Source: Nitrospirota bacterium
Lineage (GTDB): Bacteria > Nitrospirota > Thermodesulfovibrionia > UBA6902
Reading direction: 5' to 3'
NCBI GenBank assembly: GCA_016214845.1
Contig: JACRMS010000032.1
Location: forward strand, 18,655 to 82,654
Length of the DNA: 64,000 nt
In this document: piece after piece, positions 28,555-39,300 of the stretch
How the letters are laid out: every line of letters starts with the position of its first letter
How positions within the stretch are numbered: the stretch's first letter is position 1
Position numbers and translations under genes: made by a program
Notes under the pieces: model-generated
Seen by the model: only the letters and a program-made list of their open reading frames with translations
What the model was told of the DNA's origin: nothing
Database searches by the model: none

Positions 28555-29877
28555 ATGATGAGAAGGCTTATTATTTTATTGTTATCAGCTTTTGTCCTTG
28601 CGGGATGCGCTCAAGTCTCCGGATACCTTGGATTTCTTCAGAGGCACAAAAGCGTAGAGAACGCCTTCCAGAATCAGCAGCGGGTGGAATTGCTTATGGA
28701 ACTCTCCCCGGAGGACTGCTTCCGCCTCCAGGGTTACCTTGCCTTCAGTTCGCAACGGGACACTCCCCTTCTCTCCGTAATCGTATCTAATCGCTTCGGG
28801 AAGGATGAAGTGGTAGTTGCCAGGGAGCTCGTGATTGGCATCCCCTTTTACACCGTCTTTGTCCCTGAAGGGGAATATACATTATTCTTCTTTGCGGACC
28901 TCGACCGGAACGGTACTTTTGATTCACATGAGTTGGTCGGACAGACCTCACCTGATGATCCCGTCAGGGTAGCTGCCGGCCTGACAAAGGATAGCTTTAC
29001 AGTGGAAGGCCCGAAGGTTGCAATTGATTTTGACCGTCCCAGAGTTTCCGCTTTTCCACTGCAAATCAAGGTCACTCACCGCACCTATATTTATGACTCT
29101 CTGAGAGATGATTTCTTCGATGCCCGCTACGGACAGGTGGGGCTTTACCAGCCCACCGCATTGATCACCCATACACAGGGATTTTTCTTTGGCCTTGAAG
29201 AATATGACGCCCGCAAGATACAGGTCCTTTTTGTTCACGGGGTCGGCGGCACGCCTCAGGACTGGAAGTTTATCATCGATGGAATGGACCGGGCACGGTT
29301 CCAGCCGTGGTTTTTTTATTATCCTTCAGGTCTTCCCCTCGAAAAACTCGGCTCACTCCTTGCGCGGATAATTATCGATATTAACAAAAGCATCGTCAAT
29401 AACCGCCTGATAATCGTGGCCCACAGCATGGGGGGGCTGGTGGCCCAGGATGCCATCAACAAGCTCTGCCGCGACGGGACCCCTGAATATCTCAAAATGT
29501 ATATTTCCTTTTCAACACCTTACGGGGGAGTCGGGGGTGCGAAGACCGGAGTTGAATATGCCCCGCTCGTTGTGCCTTCCTGGAAGGACGTTGCTGAGGG
29601 GAGCGCTTTTCTTGATAACATGTACCGGCAAAGGTGCAGTCCGGAGTCGCCTTCTTATCTTTTTTTCGGTTACAGGGACGACTCCCTTGTCAGATCGAGC
29701 GACAGCAGCGACGGTGTCATTACACTTAAAAGCCAGTTGGACCCGAGGAAGCAGTTTGCTGTTCAAAAGGTCTACGGGTTTGATGCTACTCACGTTGGTA
29801 TCCTGAACGATAAAGAGAGCCTGCGGGTCTTCAATCAGACCCTGGAATTAGCAGCTACTTCTCCCAAAAGACAATGA
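28555..29877 (+). CDS. Lipoprotein with alpha/beta-hydrolase (lipase/esterase-like, GxSxG) domain
   Basis: Lipobox LAGC after the signal peptide; nucleophile elbow AHSMGG. Confidence 0.6.
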   Translation: MMRRLIILLLSAFVLAGCAQVSGYLGFLQRHKSVENAFQNQQRVELLMELSPEDCFRLQGYLAFSSQRDTPLLSVIVSNRFGKDEVVVARELVIGIPFYTVFVPEGEYTLFFFADLDRNGTFDSHELVGQTSPDDPVRVAAGLTKDSFTVEGPKVAIDFDRPRVSAFPLQIKVTHRTYIYDSLRDDFFDARYGQVGLYQPTALITHTQGFFFGLEEYDARKIQVLFVHGVGGTPQDWKFIIDGMDRARFQPWFFYYPSGLPLEKLGSLLARIIIDINKSIVNNRLIIVAHSMGGLVAQDAINKLCRDGTPEYLKMYISFSTPYGGVGGAKTGVEYAPLVVPSWKDVAEGSAFLDNMYRQRCSPESPSYLFFGYRDDSLVRSSDSSDGVITLKSQLDPRKQFAVQKVYGFDATHVGILNDKESLRVFNQTLELAATSPKRQ

Positions 29878-30593
29878 GTTCAAAACGCATAGTATTAAGA
29901 CATCTATCAGCATTCTGGTCTGAAGAACGGAATTTATCGGTGCTGCTTGGAATAATTATTTTTTACTTTTTTATACTGCCCTCGCTGACGAGTGTGTTTG
30001 GAGAAAGGCTGGCCATCAACCTCCTGACCAACTTAACTTACTCTCTGCTGTTTCTGGCCGGTGTGTTTGAATTGACCCGCCACAAAGTCATCCAGACGGT
30101 TTTTGCCGTGATAGTCGCGTTGATCATATTTGTCCGCTGGGCGCGTTTGATATCCGGCGGGACCTGGCTGGCGGGATGGGACATTTTTTTATCGCTTGTG
30201 TCCTCGCTTGCTTTTGCGGTTGTTGTTTTGGGCCATGTGTACAAGGAAGGGCCGGTGACTGGCCACCGGATACAGGGCGCTGTTGCCGCATACCTGCTGC
30301 TTGCAATGGCATTTTCTCTGGCATATTTTCTGATCGAGTTCATAGCTCCCGGCTCTTTTCAAATCCAGGACCGGCCCATGATGCAGATCGACAGTCAATC
30401 ATGGAAGGTCTTTCATTATTTCAGTATCAGCACCATTACTACAGTGGGCTACGGAGATATCACTGCGATACATCCGATCGCCAGGAACCTTGCGATGGCG
30501 GAAGCGCTTGTAGGGCAGCTTTTCCCGGCCATTCTTATAGCGCGCCTGGTTTCATTGCATGTACAAAAGCACCGGGCAAAGAAAGAAGAGTGA
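29874..30593 (+). CDS. Two-TM potassium channel family protein
   Basis: Selectivity filter TTVGYGDI flanked by hydrophobic helices. ATGA overlap with the upstream lipoprotein gene. Confidence 0.7.
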   Translation: MSSKRIVLRHLSAFWSEERNLSVLLGIIIFYFFILPSLTSVFGERLAINLLTNLTYSLLFLAGVFELTRHKVIQTVFAVIVALIIFVRWARLISGGTWLAGWDIFLSLVSSLAFAVVVLGHVYKEGPVTGHRIQGAVAAYLLLAMAFSLAYFLIEFIAPGSFQIQDRPMMQIDSQSWKVFHYFSISTITTVGYGDITAIHPIARNLAMAEALVGQLFPAILIARLVSLHVQKHRAKKEE

Positions 30594-30607
30594 AGGCCGT
30601 CATCAAA

Positions 30608-31222
30608 TCAGAGGGACATGACCGCATTTGAAATGTCCCTGCTAAGACTGAAAAGTGTTTTGCTCAGGGCGGAAACAAATGCCTCATAGCCAGCGCCGTG
30701 GACTTCCTCGCTGATGTTCGATTCCCGTTTTAGGAGCATCCCTTTGTCCTTATCGAAAATCGCCCAGTGGGCCTTCATTTGCACGTACCCGCCAGGAGCG
30801 CCTTCAAAACGCATGATGCTGACCTCTACACGGTACCAGTGGGCCGCAGGCGGCTGCATAGCGGAAATCCATGGAGTCACAAAAAAGGATTCCGCGGGCA
30901 AAAGTGTAGAAATATTTTCTACGAGTACGCGGGTAATATCGTGATCAAGCGAGCCTGCCCACCTGTCAAATTCCGCGAGCCTGATCACGTTTTCGCCGGA
31001 GCGTGTCACGATCTGCGGCCTGTTCAGATAATCGGGAATGCGCAAAGGCCCGACCGCGACGATAACGCTTTTATCACGCGAGGCTTCTGCCGCCGGTCTA
31101 CTTTCGATTTTTACGGAACTCAGTTGATAAAATCTGGACGGCGTGGAAGCGGCGCATCCGCAAAGCGTCAACAGAAAAAAAATTAACAGTACTCCTGGTC
31201 CACGAAAAAATACACGTGCCAT
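30608..31222 (-). CDS. ABC-type transport auxiliary lipoprotein (PqiC/YmbA, DUF330-like)
   Basis: Lipoprotein signal (LTLCGCAA), size, and position as the last gene of an MCE transporter operon. Confidence 0.55.
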   Translation of the reverse strand: MARVFFRGPGVLLIFFLLTLCGCAASTPSRFYQLSSVKIESRPAAEASRDKSVIVAVGPLRIPDYLNRPQIVTRSGENVIRLAEFDRWAGSLDHDITRVLVENISTLLPAESFFVTPWISAMQPPAAHWYRVEVSIMRFEGAPGGYVQMKAHWAIFDKDKGMLLKRESNISEEVHGAGYEAFVSALSKTLFSLSRDISNAVMSL

Positions 31223-31223
31223 G

Positions 31224-32213
31224 TCAGTCTCCTCCCGGTAAATTTTTACCTCTGATCAGGGCCTCAGGATGCCGGTCGAGATAATCAGTCAGGGAGCGGA
31301 GAGAGCGGGAAAGCTCGGAGATCTCATCAAGCGTCCTGCTTAAGTCATACCCTATATTTGCGTTCTGATCGGCGACCCGTTTGATGCCCGCGACCGCGCT
31401 TTGTGTCTCTTGCAGGGTTGTGCGCGCCGCCGCGAGGGTGTCCCTGATTCCCTGGGCCAATTCGGCTGGAACGCCTTCTTTTAATGCAAGGGTCTTTTCG
31501 GCCTGAGCAAAGGCCCCGCGGGCGGCCCCGGACGTTTCCTCAATGCTTGATGCAACAGGCGCAACTTTTGAATCGATATTTTTTGCGAGCGTGTCAATAT
31601 TTCTTAGCGCCTGGTTCAGAGAGACAATGCCCTCTTTTAGCTCAGGGGAATTCACCAGCCGGTCGATGCCTTCGACCGCGCTGTCAAGCTTTTTGAGGGT
31701 CTGGCCGAGTTTAAGGTCCTGGATCGTTTTTGTCAGCTCCTCCAGCGGAGTGGGTATCGTAGGTATCTCGAGGGTTTTTTCTTTTCCCGCGAATTTGGCC
31801 GGCTTGTCGGGATAGAAATCAAGGTTTATCAGAAATTGTCCGGTAACGATGCTCTGCATCTGGAGCTGTGCCCTCAGCCCTTTCGCTATCATGGCCTTAA
31901 GGTTGTAGCCATCTTTCAGCTCGCCCACAATATCGGCCTGCGCCGGGTCAAGTTCGATGTAGACCGGAATAATAACTATGAGGTCTTTCAAATTCAAGCG
32001 CAGTTTTATGCCGGTGACCTGGCCTACCTTGACACCTCGGAATATGACTGGAGAGCCTACGTTCAGTCCCTTGACCGAGCCCTCGAAGAACATAACGTAC
32101 TTATACGTTTTCTTGAAAAACTTCCCTGACCCGAAGACCACGACCCCGGCGATCACAAGGACGATGGCGCCGAGGACGAAAGCGCCGATAAGGCTTTTGT
32201 TGGCTTTTATCAC
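31224..32213 (-). CDS. mlaD: MCE-domain protein (MlaD/PqiB-like substrate-binding component)
   Basis: N-terminal TM helix, MCE domain (GSPVIFRGVKVGQV), C-terminal coiled-coil. Confidence 0.7.
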   Translation of the reverse strand: MIKANKSLIGAFVLGAIVLVIAGVVVFGSGKFFKKTYKYVMFFEGSVKGLNVGSPVIFRGVKVGQVTGIKLRLNLKDLIVIIPVYIELDPAQADIVGELKDGYNLKAMIAKGLRAQLQMQSIVTGQFLINLDFYPDKPAKFAGKEKTLEIPTIPTPLEELTKTIQDLKLGQTLKKLDSAVEGIDRLVNSPELKEGIVSLNQALRNIDTLAKNIDSKVAPVASSIEETSGAARGAFAQAEKTLALKEGVPAELAQGIRDTLAAARTTLQETQSAVAGIKRVADQNANIGYDLSRTLDEISELSRSLRSLTDYLDRHPEALIRGKNLPGGD

Positions 32214-32971
32214 ATTGCCTCCGCTCCCCGCGTGAGAAAATTCCTCACCCTTGGGTCCCTGGAGCTTGATAGAAGTTCTTTAGGGTCCCCGCCGGCGATC
32301 ATAGTTTTTGTCCCCGCGTCCAGGAAGAGAGAATTGTCGCCGATGGCAAAGATGCTGGCGAGTTCGTGCGTCACGATCACAACGGTTGCGCCGAGGCTGT
32401 CCCGCAGCTCCAGGATAAGATTGTCCAGCAGGCGCGCGCTGACCGGGTCAAGTCCGGCAGAGGGTTCATCGAAAAAAAGAATTTCCGGATCAAGGGCCAT
32501 GGCCCTCGCAAGCCCCGCGCGCTTTTTCATACCGCCGCTGAGTTCGGAAGGATAGTAGTCTTCAAAACCCGCAAGCCCGACCAGTGCGAGTTTTATGGAA
32601 ACTATTTCCCTGATCTCGTCGTCAGCCAGGTCTGTATACTCTTCAAGAGGAAGGGCCGTGTTCTCGGCAAGGGTCATGGAGCTCCAGAGTGCGCCGCTCT
32701 GATAGAGCACGCCGAAGTTTCTCATGATCCTCTCCCGCTCCTTCTCATCCGCGTCATAGAAGCTCACGCCCCGGTACAACACCTTTCCCTTTGCCGGTTC
32801 CTTAAGCCCGACCATGTGGCGAAGTAAGGTGCTCTTGCCGCAGCCGCTTCCTCCCATGATAACAAAGATGTCGCCTCTATTCACTGTGAAAGTGAGGTCT
32901 CTCTGTATCAGAAAGTCTCCGTATGCCATGGTGAGGTCCTGAACAACTATATGAGGCTCCGGCTTTTCCAT
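32210..32971 (-). CDS. mlaF: ABC transporter ATP-binding protein (MlaF-like)
   Basis: Walker A GGSGCGKST, signature LSGGMKKRAGLARA, Walker B ILFFDEP. Confidence 0.8.
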   Translation of the reverse strand: MEKPEPHIVVQDLTMAYGDFLIQRDLTFTVNRGDIFVIMGGSGCGKSTLLRHMVGLKEPAKGKVLYRGVSFYDADEKERERIMRNFGVLYQSGALWSSMTLAENTALPLEEYTDLADDEIREIVSIKLALVGLAGFEDYYPSELSGGMKKRAGLARAMALDPEILFFDEPSAGLDPVSARLLDNLILELRDSLGATVVIVTHELASIFAIGDNSLFLDAGTKTMIAGGDPKELLSSSRDPRVRNFLTRGAEAM

Positions 32972-33005
32972 GGCGCTCCAAATAAAAATTTATGATTAAT
33001 ACGCG

Positions 33006-34133
33006 CTAAATATTCAGAATGTTACATATTACAGTTATCACCGCCATAGCAACTACGATGCTCACAATGCCTGTCACCACCGCAGAAGTGGTGGCTTCTC
33101 CAACTGCCGAGGCGCTTCTGCCGCACTGCATACCTCTCATGCATCCGGAAAGCGCGACGAGCACACCGAAGACCGCCGCGCTGAAAAGGCCGATCCAGAA
33201 ATCAGTAATGCTCACCGCCTCCCTGGTTGTGTTGTAGTACTCCGTGAAATTCAGGTCAAGCATGGTTACCCCGATGATCAGTCCGCCTAAAATGCCCATC
33301 AGGTCTGCGTAGAGACTGAGGATGGGCATCATGAGAAAAAGGGCCAGCATCCTCGGCAGAACGAGGAACTCAACAGGTGAGATGCCGAGTGTCTTCAGGG
33401 CGTCTATCTCCTCGTTCACCTGCATCGTACCAAGCTGGGCGGCAAAGGAAGCGCCGGTGCGGCCTGACATAATGATGCCGGTCATGATAGCGGCAAGCGC
33501 GCGGACCATTCCTATTCCCACGAGGCTTGAAACGTAGATCTGCGCGCCGAAGATCTTGAGCTGGATCGCCCCGATAAAAGCGAGGATAAGGCCCACAAGG
33601 ATGCTGATAAGAGAGACGATGGGAAGCGCCTGCGCCCCGCATTGCTGTATCGTTAGAAAGAGGTCGGACCTGCGAAATCTCGCCCTGCCCTGAAGCAGTT
33701 TTAAAAATGCTGCAAAGGCCTCGCCGATAAAGGCCGTCATTTCAACAAGCGTCCGCCAAAATGTTAAAGCCGACCCGCCGACCTGTTCAAGAAGATGGAT
33801 GCGTGCCGCTTCCTTTCTCACACCTTTTCTCTCCGGCGCGGCAGAGGCAAGGTCCAAAAGACGCTGAACGCCAGTCGGCAATCCGTTTTTGTCTACGCTC
33901 ATATTGACACTGGCGCAGTGGGCGATGATTTTGACCAGGAACGTCAGGACCACCGTGTCCCAGCTCTTGAGGTCCAGCGTATTAAATATCACTTTCTCGA
34001 CCCCGGAGTTGACGCTGATCTCTTCCCTGGTTTTACCGGCAGCGGGAACATCCATTCCAAGCACCCAGTCCCCCGCAAGGCTGATTTGCAATGTCTTATT
34101 GTCCGGCCTGTTGAAACTCAATTCGGGTTTCAT
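33006..34133 (-). CDS. mlaE: MlaE-family ABC permease with fused N-terminal STAS (MlaB-like) domain
   Basis: 375 aa versus ~260 for MlaE alone. The first ~110 aa are STAS-like; the rest is a multi-TM MlaE-like permease. Confidence 0.7.
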   Translation of the reverse strand: MKPELSFNRPDNKTLQISLAGDWVLGMDVPAAGKTREEISVNSGVEKVIFNTLDLKSWDTVVLTFLVKIIAHCASVNMSVDKNGLPTGVQRLLDLASAAPERKGVRKEAARIHLLEQVGGSALTFWRTLVEMTAFIGEAFAAFLKLLQGRARFRRSDLFLTIQQCGAQALPIVSLISILVGLILAFIGAIQLKIFGAQIYVSSLVGIGMVRALAAIMTGIIMSGRTGASFAAQLGTMQVNEEIDALKTLGISPVEFLVLPRMLALFLMMPILSLYADLMGILGGLIIGVTMLDLNFTEYYNTTREAVSITDFWIGLFSAAVFGVLVALSGCMRGMQCGRSASAVGEATTSAVVTGIVSIVVAMAVITVICNILNI

Positions 34134-34271
34134 GATTAAAATGATATCACTTAACCATGATATGTAAAGACGGACGCCACTTATAATCTCATTAGGAAAT
34201 CTGCATTGACGTTGATTTTCGTTAGTGATACAAGAATTGTAAAAGGACTAATCTATAAAATGAGGTGGGCC

Positions 34272-34937
34272 ATGAAAGCAGGGAAGAGAATTTTATTTGT
34301 AATAATCGGATCCATTCTGATCATTGCATCCGGATGCGCGCAAAAGCAGGTGAAGTATTCCGGGTTCCTTGAGAACTATCCAACCTTCCAACCGGGACCG
34401 AAAGGCGGCGTTGATTTCGTCTATTTGAAGGAGGGTGTCGACTTCAGTAAGTACAACAAGGTCATGCTGGATTACGTGGTGTTCTATTTAAAAAAGGACT
34501 CGGAGCACAAAGGGATCCAGGCGGAAGAGATGAAGGAGATGGCGGATGCGTTTCACCTTGCCGCAGTGAAGGCGCTGCAGGGGGCTTATCCCATTGTGGG
34601 AGAACCGGGCGCTGATGTACTGAGGGTGCGTGTTGCCATTACCGACCTTGAACCGAGCAATCCGGCGGCAAGCGGTATTACCACCGTGATACCTGTCGGT
34701 CTTGCTATAAGCGCAATAAAAAAGGGTGTAACAGGAAAACACACGGGCGTTGGAGGCGCGGGCATTGAGGCCGAGTTTCTCGATTCTCTCACAAATGAGC
34801 GGCTCGCTGCCGCGATTGATAAACAGGAAGGTTCAAAACTTTCAGGACTGACAAAGTTTGGGGCTGCAAAGGACGCCTTTGAATTCTGGTCGGAGAGGCT
34901 GAAAATATTTCTGGACAATGTTCACGGGATAAAATAA
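34272..34937 (+). CDS. DUF3313-family lipoprotein
   Basis: MKAGKRILFVIIGSILIIASGC lipobox. The ATG at 34272 has GAGGTGGG upstream; the ORF-track start is a TTG at 34206. Confidence 0.5.
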   Translation: MKAGKRILFVIIGSILIIASGCAQKQVKYSGFLENYPTFQPGPKGGVDFVYLKEGVDFSKYNKVMLDYVVFYLKKDSEHKGIQAEEMKEMADAFHLAAVKALQGAYPIVGEPGADVLRVRVAITDLEPSNPAASGITTVIPVGLAISAIKKGVTGKHTGVGGAGIEAEFLDSLTNERLAAAIDKQEGSKLSGLTKFGAAKDAFEFWSERLKIFLDNVHGIK

Positions 34938-35023
34938 TAACGTGCAATCAATTTGAACTCAGTTGCAATGGTTGCAGAAATGGAAGGCTGTTGAAAAATT
35001 TCTATGCGACACCTTGAAAGGGT

Positions 35024-35072
35024 AGTCAGTAGGCAGTAGTTGGGGACCCCTAACTACTGTCTACTCAACTAC
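35024..35072 (+). terminator. Rho-independent terminator after the DUF3313 gene
   Basis: Near-perfect ~17-bp palindrome GTAGGCAGTAGTTGGGG/CCCCTAACTACTGTCTAC followed by TGTTTTATTGT. Confidence 0.5.
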
Positions 35073-35159
35073 CAGCTACTGTTTTATTGTCGATTATAGA
35101 AATTCTGGAACAGGCTTTCATTTCGAGAGCAGGGAACAGGTTAGAGAAAGGGCTTACAC

Positions 35160-36335
35160 ATGGGATTTGAAGACAGAAAGATAATTTCATCGTTCATCAT
35201 TTTCATATGCTCTGTATTTCTTTTCACAGGCTGCAAGAAAGAGCAAAAGATATCGGCGCCGCAGCCGCCGGTAGTTTCGGTTATGAATGTGAGCGCGAAG
35301 GATGTCCCGGTTTCCGCGGAGTATGTGGCGCAGACGCAGAGTTCTCATCTGGTCAACATACAGGCGCGGGTCAGCGGCTTCCTCGACAAATGCCTGTACA
35401 CTGAGGGGGCTCTGGTGAAAGAAGGGCAGGTGCTTTTCCAGATGGATGCCAAGCCGTTTCAGGTGCAGCTTGACCAGGCACAGGCCGCCCTTGCCAAACA
35501 GGAGGCGGCTCTTGAAACAGCCCGTTTGAATCTCGCGCGCACAAAACCTCTCGCTGAGCAAAACGCTCTCTCGCAGAGAGACCTTGATGACGCAACAGGC
35601 CAGTACCAGTCCAATGCTGCTGCGGTTGAGCAGGCGAAGGCGCAGGTGGAAACAGCGAAACTAAACCTGTCCTACACGACGATCGCCTCTCCTGTGACCG
35701 GCGTCAGCAGTTCAGCGCGCCAGACAGACGGCACGTACATAAATCCGCAGAACAGCCTGCTTACCACGGTGGCGGTGCTTTCACCTATGTGGGTGAACTT
35801 CAGCATCTCCGAGAATGAAATACAAAGACTCCGCGACCAGTCCGCCAAAGGTCTGCTGCGCACTCCCGGCGCAGGAAATTACATAGTCGAGATCATACTC
35901 GTTGATGGTTCGGTCTATCCATATACAGGGCAGATAACTTTTGCCGAACCGTCTTATAACGCGCAGACCGGAACTTTTCTTATCCGCGCAAGTGTGAATA
36001 ATCCTGATGGCGTACTGCGTCCAAACCAGTATGTGCGCGCCCGATTAAAGGGCGCTGTCAGGCCGAAGTCGATCATTGTGCCCCAGCGCGCGGTGCAGCA
36101 GGGATCAAGGGGCCACTTTGTCTGGGTGGTGGACAAGGACAACAAGGCTGAACAGCGGCCGGTAGTGACAGGCGAGTGGCACGGTGATGACTGGTTCATC
36201 TATGAAGGGCTTAAGGACCGTGAGCAGGTGGTGGTTGACGGCGGGTTCACGCTTCGTCCTGGCATGTCTGTAACTGTAAAGCCCTATAATTCCGGCCCTG
36301 CACTGAAAGCAAACTTATTAACCGACAGCAGATAA
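35160..36335 (+). CDS. RND efflux periplasmic adaptor (membrane fusion protein, MexA/AcrA family), lipoprotein
   Basis: Lipobox FTGC; biotinyl-lipoyl/beta-barrel MFP signatures; heads a three-gene operon. Confidence 0.8.
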   Translation: MGFEDRKIISSFIIFICSVFLFTGCKKEQKISAPQPPVVSVMNVSAKDVPVSAEYVAQTQSSHLVNIQARVSGFLDKCLYTEGALVKEGQVLFQMDAKPFQVQLDQAQAALAKQEAALETARLNLARTKPLAEQNALSQRDLDDATGQYQSNAAAVEQAKAQVETAKLNLSYTTIASPVTGVSSSARQTDGTYINPQNSLLTTVAVLSPMWVNFSISENEIQRLRDQSAKGLLRTPGAGNYIVEIILVDGSVYPYTGQITFAEPSYNAQTGTFLIRASVNNPDGVLRPNQYVRARLKGAVRPKSIIVPQRAVQQGSRGHFVWVVDKDNKAEQRPVVTGEWHGDDWFIYEGLKDREQVVVDGGFTLRPGMSVTVKPYNSGPALKANLLTDSR

Positions 36336-36349
36336 AGGGGACGTGATCC

Positions 36350-39300
36350 GTGTTCTCCAAATTCTTCATTGAGCGGCCTATCTTCGCTACTGTGATCGCA
36401 ACCATCATATGCCTTGCGGGACTTGTTGCAATGCAGGCGCTCCCGGTTGAGCAGTATCCGAAGATCACCCCCGTGCAGGTCACGGTCACAACAACTTATC
36501 CCGGCGCTGATTCGCAGACCCTCGCTGACTCTGTTGCCGCTCCGATAGAGGCGCAGATAAACGGGGTGGACAACATGCTCTATATGTCTTCGGCGAGCTC
36601 CTCGAATGGACAATTGACTCTCACCGTCTATTTTACTCTCGATACTGATCCGGACATCGCGCAGGTGCAGGTGCAGAACCGGGTCAGTCTCGCAATGCCT
36701 CAACTGCCGGACGCCGTCGTGCAGCAGGGGGTGCAGGTGCAAAAAAAGGCCTCTTCGATCATGATGCTTATCGGCGTCCTTGCAAAGGGAGGGCGCTACA
36801 GCAGCGAGTACATCGCGAATTACGCCAATGTCTATGTCCTCGACGCCATCAAGCGCGTGCCCGGCGCGGGGCAGGCGCAGATCATGGGTGTGCCGGACCA
36901 GGCCATGCGCATCTGGCTGGACCCGGACAGGATGGCGTCTCTCGGGATCACAACAAGCGACATACAGCAGGCCGTTGCGAGCCAGAACGCACTGTACGGG
37001 GCCGGGCAGATCGGGCAGGAGCCCACATCGGGTCCTGTGCAGTTAACATTCCCTGTCGTAACTCAAAGACCGTTCACCCGGCCTGAAGAGTACGAAAATA
37101 TAATCCTGCGCGCAAGCCGGGACGGAAGCAGCATAGTTCACCTGAAGGACGTTGCACACGCCGAGGTAGGCCTGATGCAATATGTAATCGACAGTAAACT
37201 CAACGGCACGCCCGCGACCTTTATAGTAGTTTACCAGCAGCCTGGGGCAAACGGCCTCGAAGTATCGGAGGCTGTCCGCAAGACCCTTGAAGAGATCAGA
37301 CCCCGTTTCCCCGAGGGGATCGACTACGCGATCTCCCTTGACACAAATGATTTCGTCCGCATCTCGATCAAAGAGGTGGAAGACACACTGTTTGAGGCGA
37401 TAATACTCGTTGTGCTTGTCGTATACCTTTTCCTCCAGAGCCTGCGCTCCACCATCATATGCGCCGTCGCGATCGTCGTCGCGCTTGTCAGCACCTTCAC
37501 GGGGATGCTTGCATTAGGTTTTTCCATAAACATGCTCACACTCTTTGGCCTGGTGCTCGCAATAGGCATGGTCGTTGATGACGCTATCGTTGTGGTTGAA
37601 AACGTAGAGCGCAATATGGCAAGGTTCCATCTCTCGCCAAAGGAAGCGACGATCAAAGCCATGGGGGAAATATCCAGCTCGCTCGTTGCGGTGGTGCTGG
37701 TGATGGCGTCAGTCTTTATTCCCGCGGCATTTCTTCCCGGCACTACCGGGCAGCTCTACAAGCAGTTTGCAATTACAATTGTTATTTCAGTGGCGGTCTC
37801 CGGGTTCGTTGCGCTCACACTCACCCCGGCAATGTGCGGTGTCCTGCTGAAGCACAGCGAGCCTACCACGCGCGGTTTTTTCGCCTGGTTCAACCGGGGA
37901 GTCGACGGCATTACAAGAGGATTCGGCAGTGCCGTGACACTCGTCATCAAAAGGATGATCATTGCCTTTGTAATCCTTGCGGTGCTTGTTTATTCAATTA
38001 TCCATCTCTTCAAAACTCTCCCCACGAGCTTTGTGCCGAACGAAGACCTGGGATATGTAATGACCGCGATAATCATGCCGGACGCCGCAAGCCTCGAACG
38101 AGGCAGGTCCGTTGCAGACCGCACAGAGGCCATCTTTAAAAAAATACCCGGGGTCGAAGACCGCACGCAGTTTACAGGCTACAGCCTGCTTGACAGCGGA
38201 TACAAGACAAATGCCGGGACTTTCTTTGTAACGCTGAAACCTTTTGAAGAGCGGTATTCATCAGCCAAAAAAGCGATTGCCGAAAACGCGCGCGCAGTGC
38301 TGATGAATTTAAACAGGGAGGCAAGGGGCATCTCTGAGGGACTTGTAATTCCCGTGGCCCCGCCTTCGATTCCGGGGATCGGGACTACCGGAGGTTTTGA
38401 ATTCTGGATACAGGACACAGGCGCCGGTGAGCCTGCGAGGCTGGATGAGCTTACACAACAATTCATCAATAAGGCGCGTCAGCGTCCGGAGCTTTCCGGC
38501 CTTAGCACCACCTTCCGCGCCACCACGCAGCAGTTGAGCGCGGATGTAAACCGCGAGAAGGCGAACCTCCTCGGTGTTCCCGTTAAAGACGTCTACAGCG
38601 CCATTCAGGCGCAGTTCGGCTCCCTCGTGGTCAGCCAGTATAACGAGTTCAGCAGGGTCTGGCGGGTCATCCTGCAGTCCGAACCTAAATATCGTCAGGA
38701 CCCCGGAGACCTGACTCGCCTTTACACGAGATCGAGCGAGGGCGAAATGGTCCCGCTCTCCGCACTCGTTACGACCAGGTGGGTGACTGGCCCGGATCTG
38801 CTTCCGCATTTCAACGGCTTCCCCGCAGCAAAGGTGAATGGCAATGCCGCGCCGGGGTACAGCTCCGGGCAGGCCATCGCTGCGATGGAAGAGGTAGCAG
38901 GTGAAGTGCTGCCGCATGGCTACACTGTCGCGTGGTCAGGCCTTGCCTTTGAGGAAAAAAAGTCCGGCGGCACATCTGCAATCGCGTTTGTGTTCGGCCT
39001 CATCATAGTTTTCCTCGTGCTTGCCGCGCAATATGAATCATGGACGCTGCCGTGCTCTGTGATGATGGCTGTGCCCTTCGGGGTGCTCGGCGCGCTTACA
39101 GCGAACTGGCTTCGCGGACTGCAAAACGATGTCTACTTCCAGATCGGCCTTCTCGTGCTGATCGGCCTTGGGGCAAAGAACGCCATCCTGAGAGTGTCAT
39201 TTGCGGTCGAATTGCGCAAACAGGGCAAGTCGATAATGGAAGCCACGATCGAGGCAGGCGAGCAGAGACTAAGACCAATCATCATGACTTCGCTTGCGTT

